Shown: positions 1 to 9,821 of the stretch, in pieces | Position numbering within the stretch: the stretch's first letter is position 1 | How the letters are laid out: the number at the start of each line of letters is the position of its first letter | Assembly (NCBI GenBank): GCA_963664435.2 | Contig: CAXXKM010000001.1 | Coordinates: 864,001-928,000 of the forward strand | DNA length: 64,000 nt | Source of the DNA: Longimicrobiales bacterium | Lineage (GTDB): Bacteria; Gemmatimonadota; Gemmatimonadetes; Longimicrobiales; Gaopeijiaceae | Direction: 5' to 3' | The notes under the pieces: model-generated | The model's input: only the letters and a program-made list of their open reading frames with translations | The model's database searches: none | What the model was told of the DNA's origin: nothing | Made by a program: the position numbers and the translations under genes

Positions 1-904
1 GGCGCGCGGGGATCGATCCGAAGGTGCGCTGGGCGCGGGCGAGCGCTTCGTCGCGGTCGAGGTCGCCGACGATCGTGACGGTCATGACCGCGGGCGAATA
101 GTACTGGTCGTAGAAGCCGCGCAGATCCTCCGGGGTGATGCTCTGCAGGCTCCGCCACAGGTCCGGGAACGGGGCGCGCTGCCGCTCGACGCCGAACTCT
201 CGCTCCCAGAAGTCGGGGGGCGCGAGCCACCCCGGGTTGAGCGCGGCCACAAGGTGGTCGAAGAACTCGCGCGGCCGGGCGCGGATCTCGTTCTCGACGG
301 GTTGCCGCCCGCGGTCCACCACGGCGGTGTCCATCTCGTGGGGCGAGAGGATGCCGGCCAGCCACTCGATGGCGAAGAGCCCGTGCTCACGGCCGATGGT
401 GACGTAGTACCAGGTGTGGTCGCGGTAGGTGAAGCCGTTGCGCCGCCCGCCGATCCCCTCCACCGCGTCCTTGATCTCCTGCTCGGTGCGGCCGTCGTGG
501 TCCGAGAAGAGCATGTGCTCCGTGAAGTGGGCGAGCTGCTCCTTGCCGGGCGGATCGGCGTCCGAACCGACCGGCACCCCCGCGCTCACCGAGACGTTGG
601 GCGCGCCGGGAAGGTGCTTGAACCAGATCCTGACGCCATTGGAGAGGAAGTGGGTCTCGAACCCGGCGAAGGGGTTGGAGGGGGCCGTCCCCTCGGCCTC
701 TACCGCGCCCGCGTCCCCCGCGGAGGGATCGACTTCGGCTGGTTCCTGGCCGGAGCCCGGCTCGGGCAGGAGCGGCAGCCACGCCAACAGACCGACAAGA
801 GCGGCACGCCAGTGCCATCTTGAGACAGCCGCCCGGGGCACGCGCACTTCCAACCCTTGTCGAGCGAGTCTCATCTCGGGTTCCGGTCCGGCCATCTTGC
901 ACAT
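1..904 (-). CDS. M16 (insulinase/pitrilysin) zinc peptidase, secreted; 3' end runs off the window
   Basis: Not in the ORF track. Manual translation gives ...FETHFLSNGVRIWFKHLPGAPNVSVSAGVPVGSDADPPGKEQLAHFTEHMLF...NGFTYRDHTWYY, with the HxxEH motif. Start uncertain (ATG at 904, 895 or 874). Confidence 0.85.
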   Translation of the reverse strand, partial: MCKMAGPEPEMRLARQGLEVRVPRAAVSRWHWRAALVGLLAWLPLLPEPGSGQEPAEVDPSAGDAGAVEAEGTAPSNPFAGFETHFLSNGVRIWFKHLPGAPNVSVSAGVPVGSDADPPGKEQLAHFTEHMLFSDHDGRTEQEIKDAVEGIGGRRNGFTYRDHTWYYVTIGREHGLFAIEWLAGILSPHEMDTAVVDRGRQPVENEIRARPREFFDHLVAALNPGWLAPPDFWEREFGVERQRAPFPDLWRSLQSITPEDLRGFYDQYYSPAVMTVTIVGDLDRDEALARAQRTFGSIPAR

Positions 905-925
905 GATCCTCGCTCAAGGGATCCG

Positions 926-1804
926 TCAGCTCGCGAGGGTGCGCTCGAGGTAGGCCTTGAGCCGATCCCAGGCATCCTGTGCTGGGGCGGTGCGCAACTC
1001 GGGATCGCCGTCCACGCGCAACCAGAAGCCGTGGTTGACGGCATCGTAGATGTGGACGTCGTTATCGATGCCCTGGGCGCGCAGCGCGTCGACGAACTGG
1101 TTCACCTGTTCGGGCGGGATGCCGCCGTCCATCTCCGCGAAGGTGCCGTACACCTCGTGGTCGATTCCCGCCAGCACCGCCGGATCGGTGACCAGCCGCC
1201 CGTAGAAGATCGCGGTGGCGTCGTGATGCTCGCCCCCCAGCGCGTAGGTGAGCGCGATGCCGCCGCCGAAGCACCACCCCATGGTGCCGATCGCACCGGT
1301 CACGTCGTCGCGCGCGCGCAGAAAGTTCACCGCCTCGTTCAGGTTGGCGATGACCGCGTCCGGATCGGCGTTCGCTTCCGCCATGAGCGCACGGTTCTCG
1401 TCCGGATTGGCTCCGGTGCGGCCCTGGAACAGGTCCGCGGCCAGCGCCACGTATCCTTCATCGGCCATCGCGTCCGCGACCTGGCGCACCCGGTCCACCA
1501 GTCCGTTCCATTCGTGGATCAGCACCAGTGCCGGAAAGGGGCCTTCCCCCTCGGGCACCGCCAGGTATCCGCGGGTGGCGTCGTCACCGGCGAGATAGTG
1601 GACGTTGTCACCGCGGGGCGCGGGCGCAGTGCCGAGGATCGCGGCGGGTAGCCCGCCATCATCCGCGGAGCCCATTTCGACGCGGATTTCCATGCCGCCG
1701 CCGTCGGGGCCCTCGCCGCCGTCGGAGGAAGGCGCGCAGGCAAGGATGGAGAAGAGGAGGACGATGCCGGGGATGCGCGATCGATGGAGCGTGACGGAGT
1801 TCAT
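926..1804 (-). CDS. Dienelactone hydrolase family protein, lipoprotein-like signal
   Basis: IHEWNGL, GWCFGG nucleophile motif, HGF; signal ending ILAC; purine-rich RBS before ATG 1804. Confidence 0.9.
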   Translation of the reverse strand: MNSVTLHRSRIPGIVLLFSILACAPSSDGGEGPDGGGMEIRVEMGSADDGGLPAAILGTAPAPRGDNVHYLAGDDATRGYLAVPEGEGPFPALVLIHEWNGLVDRVRQVADAMADEGYVALAADLFQGRTGANPDENRALMAEANADPDAVIANLNEAVNFLRARDDVTGAIGTMGWCFGGGIALTYALGGEHHDATAIFYGRLVTDPAVLAGIDHEVYGTFAEMDGGIPPEQVNQFVDALRAQGIDNDVHIYDAVNHGFWLRVDGDPELRTAPAQDAWDRLKAYLERTLAS

Positions 1805-1896
1805 CTTCCCTCCCGGTGGATAGGAATGCGGGAACTTGACGATTTTGCACCCTGGCGGAGCCGTGGAATCTCTGGAAGGCAAGGCCATCCGCGTTT

Positions 1897-2577
1897 CTAC
1901 CGGGGTTCGGCGCGCTCCCCCCTGTACTCCACATGCAGCCGGGGCGTTCGTTCGTTCACGCGAATCCACATGCGTACTTCGTCGTGGGGGGGCTCCGGGT
2001 TTCCGAACCCCATGCGCCATTCTTCCCGGTGATGGTTGTAGACGAAGTACTCGCAGTCGGATTCGTAGACGGGCCGGTGCGCGTTCCTGCGCGAGGGCAA
2101 CTCGCCCTGTCGCTCAAGCCCGGGATAGGTGCGCTGGATGTCGCGGGTCAGGAGGTCCCAGATGGTCTGGCAGCTCTCCAGGGGCATCACCATCACGTAG
2201 GCGCCCTCGACCAGTTCGCCGGTATCGGGATGGAAGTAGTAGCCGGCGAGGGCCTCCCGGCCCAGCAGCCGCACTGGCGTCGAGTAGATGCGCAGCCCTT
2301 CGCGTTCGCCCACCTGCTCGGTTTCGGCGATCTCGGGGATGTCGTCGACACGGCTGCCCCACGGGTGTCCGCGGAACCCGTCGACGATGGGTTCCTGCGC
2401 GGCGGCGGGAGTCGACTGCCAGGTGAGGGTCGCCGCGAAGACGACGCCGAGGAGCCGCCACCTCGGGGCGCAGCGAAGGATGGAGCCGGGAATGCCGCCG
2501 GAATTCAGGCTCTCCACGAGCCGGATGGGAGCAAGCCGTCCGGAAGTCTCGCGCGCGCGTTCCATGATGTTCGGCAT
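1897..2577 (-). CDS. Hypothetical exported protein
   Basis: Hydrophobic signal-like segment ending PAAAQ, then GFRGHPWG and a globular domain; start uncertain. Confidence 0.55.
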   Translation of the reverse strand: MPNIMERARETSGRLAPIRLVESLNSGGIPGSILRCAPRWRLLGVVFAATLTWQSTPAAAQEPIVDGFRGHPWGSRVDDIPEIAETEQVGEREGLRIYSTPVRLLGREALAGYYFHPDTGELVEGAYVMVMPLESCQTIWDLLTRDIQRTYPGLERQGELPSRRNAHRPVYESDCEYFVYNHHREEWRMGFGNPEPPHDEVRMWIRVNERTPRLHVEYRGERAEPR

Positions 2578-2702
2578 GTCCACAAAGCTAGCGCTTCGGC
2601 CGACGAGGAGCGACCTCGTGTGACTGCAGGATCGTCGCCAACCTGAAGCGGCGCCAGGCAGATCCCGAACTGCGTCGCGTGGGGGCCTGCGGTCCCGCCG
2701 CG

Positions 2703-3458
2703 TCAGTCCGCGTAGTCCTGGCCCTCGGCGTCCAGAACGTCCTTCATGCCCCTGAGGTAGCCCGCTTCGCCCCAGGACTCGATGGACAGTTCGGCGTTGT
2801 GCTTCGCGGCCGCGATCGGCATCGGGCGAATCTTCCGGCCGGCCTGCAGCACGAGCATTTCGTTCATACACGCGCGCTCCAACTGATAGAGCCAGAGAAT
2901 CGTCTTTTCGATGGTGTCCCCGACGACGAGCACGCCGTGGTTGGCGAGAAAGAGCACGCGCTTGTCGCCGAGCGCCTCGGCCATGCGCTCTCCCTCGCCG
3001 GACTCGGTGACAAGCCCCTCGTACCCGAAATAGGCGCAGTTCCCGTAGAAAACGGCCGCGTTCTGGCTCCCGCGCTCATCCAGTCTCCACCCGTCGATGG
3101 AGGCGAGGGCGGTGCTCCAGGGGGCGTGGACGTGCAGCGCGCACACGATGTCGGGCCGCGCGCGCTGGATGGGATCGTGGATCGCCCACGCGCTCACGTT
3201 GAGCCGCCCTTCCCTGCCGACCGGCCTTCCCTTCGAGCCGACCTCGACGAGGCTGCTCGCCGTTACGCGCGAGAAATGCGTCTGCCCGGGCGTGATGAGC
3301 AGGTGTCCGGGTCTGCCGGGCACCTTGCAGCTGAAGTGGTTCCAGGTACCCTCGTGCATGTTCTCGTGCACCACGATCCGATGCACGGCCGCGAAATCGA
3401 TACGGCACCGCCTCAACACGCGGGTGTCGTGCGCAACCGGGTCCGTGCCGACAATCAA
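2703..3458 (-). CDS. Class II aldolase/adducin family protein
   Basis: EGTWNHFS, WAIH, LHVH and LANHG metal-binding motifs; TTG start overlaps upstream TGA. Confidence 0.9.
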   Translation of the reverse strand: MIVGTDPVAHDTRVLRRCRIDFAAVHRIVVHENMHEGTWNHFSCKVPGRPGHLLITPGQTHFSRVTASSLVEVGSKGRPVGREGRLNVSAWAIHDPIQRARPDIVCALHVHAPWSTALASIDGWRLDERGSQNAAVFYGNCAYFGYEGLVTESGEGERMAEALGDKRVLFLANHGVLVVGDTIEKTILWLYQLERACMNEMLVLQAGRKIRPMPIAAAKHNAELSIESWGEAGYLRGMKDVLDAEGQDYAD

Positions 3459-3997
3459 AAGACCAGCGTCTCCAGCGCGACGAGTATTCCCAGCGCCAGA
3501 CCCACGATGCCACCCAGCTTGATCGTCATGCGGTGTTCGAGCGCGCGCATGTCGGCCCTCAGCGAAGTCTCGGTTTTCTCCAGATCGCCACGCAATGCGG
3601 TGATCTCGGCTCGCAGCGACGCTTCCGTTTTCTCCAAGTCCCCGCGCAGCGACGCCTCGGTCTTCTCCAGATCGTCGCGCAATGCGGTGATCTCGGCTCG
3701 CAGCGACGCTTCCGTTTTCCCCAACTCGTCCCGCAGCGACGCCTCGGTGTGCTCCAAGTCCCCGCGTAGCGACGTCAAGTCCCCACGCAACGACATCAAC
3801 TCCCCACGCAGCGACGCTTCCAGTTCCTGCATTTCCCGACGCAGCGCCTCTTCCGTTTCCTTCACATGGCGCTTGGTGGCCAGACTCTCGTCCACACACT
3901 GCGCGAAGGTGTCCACGAGCACGCGAGCCTGATCCTCGCTGAAGCCCGCTTCCTGCCGCAGTCTGGTGGCGGCGCTGAGCGTGTCGAAGGCGATCAT
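3455..3997 (-). CDS. DUF1640/CCDC90-like coiled-coil protein with C-terminal membrane anchor
   Basis: MIAFDTL...AGFSEDQA...LATK head, repetitive coiled coil, C-terminal hydrophobic helix. Confidence 0.8.
   Translation of the reverse strand: MIAFDTLSAATRLRQEAGFSEDQARVLVDTFAQCVDESLATKRHVKETEEALRREMQELEASLRGELMSLRGDLTSLRGDLEHTEASLRDELGKTEASLRAEITALRDDLEKTEASLRGDLEKTEASLRAEITALRGDLEKTETSLRADMRALEHRMTIKLGGIVGLALGILVALETLVF
3591..3830. repeat. Intragenic tandem repeats (21/33/54-nt units) in the DUF1640 stalk
   Basis: About 42-nt exact duplication starting at 3591 and 3678; SLRGD/LEKTEASLR units recur. Confidence 0.85.
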
Positions 3998-4339
3998 GGT
4001 CTCCCTAATGTTGCCGCTTGCTGCCGCGATTGCCAGAACGCGGGCCCAAAACGGGATCGACGACCAATCGGCGATTCGCAATCTGGCAGCGCCTTCCCGG
4101 CGCGAAAATGGCGGAATGGGACGATTCGAGCATCGATCGTCGCGGAGCGTGATGACGGTGATGGGAACACACCGAGTTCTCTGAGACCTTCGGTGAACCA
4201 GGACGGAAGCGATTTGGACCGCGCGGGCCGGCCGGTCTTGCCGGTGCGCCCCCGCGCGCGCATGGTCATGAAGGTTCCTGCTGTCAGGTCATGCAGGTTC
4301 CGTCATGCAGCTGCTGTCGCACCGTCTGGAGGTTTCGTC

Positions 4340-5197
4340 ATGAAAAACTCATCGCTGGCCACATTCGCGGTCGCCCTCGGCATCTCTTTCGCGGCAGGCT
4401 CTGGAGAGGCCGCCGCCCAGGGAGACAACATGCTCGACATGATGGAGTTCGAGCGTCCCATCGAGGCCCTGGACAACGTCTGGATCGAGGAGCTGACCAT
4501 GCTCGAGGTCCGGGACGCACTGCGCGAGGGCACCAACACGGCCCTGATCCTCACCGGCGGAATCGAGGAGAACGGGCCCTACCTCACGACCGGCAAACAC
4601 AACCACGTGCTGCGGGTCATGGGAGATGCGATCGCGCGCCGGCTCGGGAACACCCTGGTCGCGCCCATCGTCACCATCGAGCCCGGCAACCCGGAGACCG
4701 CGAGCTCGCCGGGCGGCATCCGCTTCTCGCAGGAGACCTACCAAGCCGTGCTGCGCGACATGGCGGTGAGCCTCAAGGCCCAGGGGTTCACCCGCATCTT
4801 CATGCTGGGCGACAGCGGCGGGAACCAGCGCGGCATGGCGGCCGTGGCCACGGAGCTCTCGGAGACATGGGCGGACGAGGACATCGTCATCGCCCACATC
4901 CGCGAGTACTACAACTACGGCGACGTGCTGACGTATCAGCGCGAGGTGCTCGGGATCGACGAGGATCCCCGGCTGGAGGGCCTCCACGACGACTACTACA
5001 TCACGTCGATCATCATGAACGACGACCCGCAGCATGTGCGGCTCCAGCAGCGCATCGCGGCCGACAAGGCGTCGATCAACGGCATCAGCATCCTGCCGGT
5101 CGAGCGGACCCTGGAGCACGGCGAGAGGCTGATCGAGTTCCGGACCGACGCGACCGTGGAGGCGATCCACAGGGTGCTGATGGCTCGGGGCAGCTGA
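4340..5197 (+). CDS. Creatininase/creatinine amidohydrolase family protein, secreted
   Basis: EELT..EVRD, GGIEENGPYL, GDSGGN; signal peptide; GGAGG RBS. Confidence 0.85.
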   Translation: MKNSSLATFAVALGISFAAGSGEAAAQGDNMLDMMEFERPIEALDNVWIEELTMLEVRDALREGTNTALILTGGIEENGPYLTTGKHNHVLRVMGDAIARRLGNTLVAPIVTIEPGNPETASSPGGIRFSQETYQAVLRDMAVSLKAQGFTRIFMLGDSGGNQRGMAAVATELSETWADEDIVIAHIREYYNYGDVLTYQREVLGIDEDPRLEGLHDDYYITSIIMNDDPQHVRLQQRIAADKASINGISILPVERTLEHGERLIEFRTDATVEAIHRVLMARGS

Positions 5198-5241
5198 CTT
5201 TCCAGATTCTCGGTGCTTCCAAATCCGGTGGAGCCAGGACC

Positions 5242-8200
5242 ATGACCGTATCCCGCATTTCCGCATTGGTGACCGCGTTCCGCATGACCACGCCCTCCAA
5301 CGCAGGCCGTTTCACGCTGGTCGCAGGCCGCTTGCTGTTTGCGGGCCTTGCGGTGGCAGCAGGCCTCTGGCTGTCTGCGGGCCTTGCGCTCCCGGCAGTC
5401 CCGCTATCCGCCCAGGAGGTCCCGGAGGAGCATCTGAGCGGTCTGCGCTTCCGCCACATCGGTCCGGTCGGCAACCGGCTGGCGTCCGTGGTGGGGGTGC
5501 CCGGGAACCGGAACATCTACTTCGCCGGGGCGGCCAGCGGCGGCATCTGGCGCACCGAGGACGCCGGGCTCAACTGGGAGCCGGTCTTCGACGACCAGCC
5601 CGTGCACTCCATCGGCGCGCTCGCGGTGGCGCCCAGCGACCACGCGATCGTGTGGGCCGGGACGGGCGAGTCGTCCATCCGGTCGAACGTCTCCATCGGC
5701 AACGGCGCGTGGAAGTCCACCGACGGCGGCGACACCTGGGCGCACATGGGACTGGAAGGGACGGGGCGGGTGGGCCGCATCGTCATCCATCCCGCCGATC
5801 CGGACATCGTCTACGTCGCCGCGCTGGGGCACGCGTACCAGCCGTCCGAGGATCGGGGCGTGTACCGCACCCTCGACGGGGGCGAGAGCTGGGAGCGGGT
5901 GCTCTTCGTGGACCCGGGGGCGGGCGCATACGAGATGGTCATTGATCCGCACAATCCTCGGAAGATCATGGCCAGCATGTGGGACCTGGACCTCAAGACC
6001 TGGAAACGGGACAGCGGGGGCCCCGCGAGCGGCATCCACGTGACCATGGACGGGGGCGACACCTGGCGCGAGATCGAGGGCAACGGGCTCCCCACGCGCC
6101 GCATCGGCAAGATCGGGCTCTGCATGTCGGCGTCCGATTCCGACCGCATCTACGCCCTCATCGAGACGGGAGACGGGGTGCCCATCGACGGAGAGGAGAC
6201 CGACTCGGGCGAGCTCTGGAGGACGAGCGACGGAGGCGACAGCTGGCGCCTCGTCTCATACAGCCATGACCTCGCGACGCGGCAGGCCTACTACACGCGC
6301 TGCGGCGTGGCGCCCGACGACCGCGACGAGGTCTACTTCCTGTCGTCCAGCTACAGCGTGAGCCGAAACGGCGGCGAAACGCACGAGACCACCAACTTCC
6401 TCTTCGCCGGGGACGCGCCGGGTTGGGATCACCACGACATCTGGAGCGATCCGCTGAACGCCGACCGGATAGCGGTGGCGCACGACGGCGGATTCTCGGT
6501 CAGCGAGAACCGGGGCCGCTCCTGGTTCCGGGTGCAGCTGCCGATCGCGCAGATGTACCACGTGACCGCCGACAACGCGATCCCCTACAACGTGCTGGGC
6601 AACCGACAGGACGGGCCTTCGTTCCGGGGGCCATCGAATTCGCGCATGGGCGGTCTCTTTTCGAACGGGCGCATCCCGCGCGGGGAGTGGCGCGGCGTGG
6701 GCGGAGGCGAGAGCGGCTTCGCGACGCCGGACCCGCGCGATCCCAACATCGTGTGGTCGAGCGCATCCGGGGCCGGTGCCGCAGGCGGGATCGTGGTGCG
6801 CCATGATGTCGCCAGGGGACAGTTCCGGGACGTCGAGGTCTGGCCCATGTCCACCTTGGGAAGGCCGGCGGAGGACATGCGCTTCCGCTTCCAGTGGACC
6901 TTCCCGCTGCTGCTTTCGCCGCACGATCCAAACACCCTCTACGTCACCAGCCAGCACGTTCACCGCACCCGCAACAACGGGCAGAGCTGGGAGGTGATCA
7001 GCCCGGACCTCTCCACCAACGACAAGTCCCGCCAGACCATCTCCGGAGGACTGACCCCGGACAACATCGGCGTGGAGTTCTGCTGCGTGATCTACGCCTT
7101 CGACGAGTCGCCGGTGGAGGCCGGCGTGCTGTGGGCGGGCACCAACGACGGGCTCATGCAGGTGAGCCGCGACAACGGCGCCAGCTGGACCAACGTGACC
7201 GAAAACATCCCCGATCTGCCCCTCGACGGCGTGGTTCGCAGCATCGACGCCTCGCGCTGGGACGCCGCCCGCGCCTACATCACCATCGAGCACCACCAGG
7301 TGGGCGACTTCGAGGCGCGCGCCTACCGCACCGACGACTTCGGCGAGAGCTGGACCCGGATCACCGACGGCGTCGACAACCATCCCGTCGACTATACGCG
7401 GTATCTGCTTGAGGACGCGGTGCGCCCCGGGCTGCTCTATCTGGGCACCGAGAGTTCGCTCTACATCAGCTACGACGACGGCGACAGCTGGCAGCGCTTC
7501 ATGCCGAACCTGCCGCCCACGCCGTACTACGGGCTCTTCCAGCAGGAGCACTTCAACGACCTGGTGATCGGGACGTACGGGCGCGGCTACTGGATCCTGG
7601 ACGACCTGGGTCCCGTGCAGCAGCTCACCGACGAGGTGGCGTCGTCGACCGCGCACCTGTTCGAGCCTCGCGACGCCTACCGTTTCCGCCCCGTGACCGA
7701 GCCCGCGACCATGCTGGACGACTGGTCCGACGGGGAGAACCCGGAGGGCGACGCCCCGCTGACCTACTGGCTGGGAGATGGCGCCGGAACGGTCCAGCTG
7801 CGCATCGACGACAGCGCGGGAGAGGAGGTCACGACGCTGGACGGCACCAGCAGCGCGGGCTTCAACCGCGTGTGGTGGGACCTGACCGGCGACGGCCCGA
7901 CCGAGATCCGGCTGCGGACCAAGCCGCTCTACTCGGACTGGTTCCCGATGCCGGACGAGGGCTATCGCGTGGGCGGTGGCGGTTTCGGTGGAGGCGGCAG
8001 CCCGCTGCAGCCGCCGGGCACCTACACGGTGACTCTGCTCGTCGACGATGAAGAGATGGGAAGCCAGCCGCTGACCGTGCTGAAGGATCCCAACTCGGAA
8101 GGCACGATGGCGGACATCGCCGCACAGACGGAACTGGTGCAGGAGATCATGGCCGACCGCAACCAGGCCGCGGACATGGTGAACCGGATCGAGCTGCTGC

Positions 8201-8559
8201 GCCGCCAGATCTACGACCTGCGACCGGTGCTCGAGGCCGAAGAAGGCGCGGAGGACCTGATCGAGGCCGGGGAGGCGCTCGATGCGGCCCTCATCGAGGT
8301 CGAAAGCGAGCTGATCCAGCTGAAGGACACGGGAAGCGACGGGGTGCGCTGGCCGTCGATGATCGTGGGGAGGTTGCGTTACCTGCAGGGGGCGGTGGCG
8401 AGCGCAGACTTCCGGCCGACGGACCAGCACGGGGAAGTGTCCCAGGTGCTGAGGGTGCAACTGGGGGAGGTGGAAGAGGCGCTGCAGGAGGTGCTCGCGG
8501 AGGATCTGGAGAACTTCAACCGGCTTCTGCAGCAGAGGATTGGGAGGGTGATTACGTGA
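5242..8559 (+). CDS. VPS10/BNR-repeat beta-propeller protein (glycosyl hydrolase-like)
   Basis: FRHIGP start and many Asp-box repeats (STDGGDTW, TLDGGESW, SRDNGASW); helical C-terminus. Confidence 0.88.
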   Translation: MTVSRISALVTAFRMTTPSNAGRFTLVAGRLLFAGLAVAAGLWLSAGLALPAVPLSAQEVPEEHLSGLRFRHIGPVGNRLASVVGVPGNRNIYFAGAASGGIWRTEDAGLNWEPVFDDQPVHSIGALAVAPSDHAIVWAGTGESSIRSNVSIGNGAWKSTDGGDTWAHMGLEGTGRVGRIVIHPADPDIVYVAALGHAYQPSEDRGVYRTLDGGESWERVLFVDPGAGAYEMVIDPHNPRKIMASMWDLDLKTWKRDSGGPASGIHVTMDGGDTWREIEGNGLPTRRIGKIGLCMSASDSDRIYALIETGDGVPIDGEETDSGELWRTSDGGDSWRLVSYSHDLATRQAYYTRCGVAPDDRDEVYFLSSSYSVSRNGGETHETTNFLFAGDAPGWDHHDIWSDPLNADRIAVAHDGGFSVSENRGRSWFRVQLPIAQMYHVTADNAIPYNVLGNRQDGPSFRGPSNSRMGGLFSNGRIPRGEWRGVGGGESGFATPDPRDPNIVWSSASGAGAAGGIVVRHDVARGQFRDVEVWPMSTLGRPAEDMRFRFQWTFPLLLSPHDPNTLYVTSQHVHRTRNNGQSWEVISPDLSTNDKSRQTISGGLTPDNIGVEFCCVIYAFDESPVEAGVLWAGTNDGLMQVSRDNGASWTNVTENIPDLPLDGVVRSIDASRWDAARAYITIEHHQVGDFEARAYRTDDFGESWTRITDGVDNHPVDYTRYLLEDAVRPGLLYLGTESSLYISYDDGDSWQRFMPNLPPTPYYGLFQQEHFNDLVIGTYGRGYWILDDLGPVQQLTDEVASSTAHLFEPRDAYRFRPVTEPATMLDDWSDGENPEGDAPLTYWLGDGAGTVQLRIDDSAGEEVTTLDGTSSAGFNRVWWDLTGDGPTEIRLRTKPLYSDWFPMPDEGYRVGGGGFGGGGSPLQPPGTYTVTLLVDDEEMGSQPLTVLKDPNSEGTMADIAAQTELVQEIMADRNQAADMVNRIELLRRQIYDLRPVLEAEEGAEDLIEAGEALDAALIEVESELIQLKDTGSDGVRWPSMIVGRLRYLQGAVASADFRPTDQHGEVSQVLRVQLGEVEEALQEVLAEDLENFNRLLQQRIGRVIT

Positions 8560-8706
8560 GGGGGGGTTGTCGGGATTGAGAGAGCAATGCCCGAAGCTAT
8601 TCGACCAGCTGCCATCCAACAGACCGGGCATTGCTGCGTGAATACTACCATGATCACTTGGCCCTCGTAGACCGCGACGCACAACCCCTTGGCCCTTGAG
8701 GGATGC

Positions 8707-9648
8707 TCACCCTCGAAACCGATTCTGGTTGTGCCACTCCAGGTAGTCCCGCCCCGGCCGGTGCTCGGCACGCGGAGGCACCCAAAGCCCCTTCCCATGC
8801 AGCTTGTAGTAGTTCTCGCCGTCGTCGAAGTCCGTGTGGATGTGCTTGCTGACTTCGAAGTGGTGGTGAGGAGTGACGGTTACATAACCCGCGTCGAAGA
8901 GCCGGTGTACATCGGACCGCAGCAGCATCCCGTTCTGCACGTAGTTCTCCGGGACCTCGCTGAAAGGCTGGATGTGGGCCGCGTCGAGAGCCGGGAGCGC
9001 CCTCTCGCGCGTTACCGCGCACTGGCGCTCGTATACGTCGGTGACAACGCTTCGGAAGATCCCCTGTCCCACTCGATGTCTCGCGGGCACAGGATCGGAA
9101 TAGCCTCCCGGCAGGTCGAGCCAGCCCTCGGGCTTCGGTTCCGCTACGATGGTCCCCTGGAGGCGATCGGTCACCTGCGTCCACAGATCCGGCCCGATCC
9201 CGGTCCGCAAGTCGTATCCCTTCCCGCGCTGGATGCTCGGAGCCCAATCGGCGGGCTGGCGAAACCAGTCCTTCTCATCCCAGAAGAAGGGTTCAGCCAG
9301 GAGGATGCACCCGATCATGTAGTTCGAGGATCGTGGACGATCCCTGCGGAGATGAGCGGTGCGCTGCCGAACCGCGTCAAGGCTCGGAGCACCGTTCTTC
9401 TCCCCGAATGCCTGCCACGCCAAGCCGACCGGGAGCTCGGTGTAGTGCTCGAAGAACCCGCCGCCAGCGATCACGTTGTGCGGGCTCTTCAGCTTGAACA
9501 ACAATGGCTGGCCTCGAGTGAGCACGCGGAAGTGGCCACCCCAAGGCTTCGGAGTCCAGAAGTTGACTTCGTCCACCCGCTCGCGATGGGAAAGGCTCCT
9601 GAGGTGGTCGAACCAGTTCTTGTCCGTGACGGCGGCGTATGCGTTCAG
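8707..9648 (-). CDS. HNH endonuclease, putative restriction endonuclease
   Basis: C-terminal RVGQGIFR...CAVT...AAHIQP...NGMLLRSDVHRLFD; N-terminal VTD..WF...VNFW domain; probable CTG start. Confidence 0.85.
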   Translation of the reverse strand: MNAYAAVTDKNWFDHLRSLSHRERVDEVNFWTPKPWGGHFRVLTRGQPLLFKLKSPHNVIAGGGFFEHYTELPVGLAWQAFGEKNGAPSLDAVRQRTAHLRRDRPRSSNYMIGCILLAEPFFWDEKDWFRQPADWAPSIQRGKGYDLRTGIGPDLWTQVTDRLQGTIVAEPKPEGWLDLPGGYSDPVPARHRVGQGIFRSVVTDVYERQCAVTRERALPALDAAHIQPFSEVPENYVQNGMLLRSDVHRLFDAGYVTVTPHHHFEVSKHIHTDFDDGENYYKLHGKGLWVPPRAEHRPGRDYLEWHNQNRFRG

Positions 9649-9821
9649 GGCTGAGTCCTTCTTTCTCGTAGCGAAAGTCTCAATACGGCTGGGATGGCGT
9701 ACTCGCAGCAACGGCAATCTACGCTTCTGAGGCTCATCCCGCCGCTGGCTGACCACCTGAGCATGCGGACAATCCCTGGGCTCCAGAAGCAGACGCGCCA
9801 ACGGGGCTATCGGGACCGATG

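Noticed and set aside
3591..3830. CRISPR array
   Set aside because: Repeats are in-frame coding units without unique spacers; no cas genes
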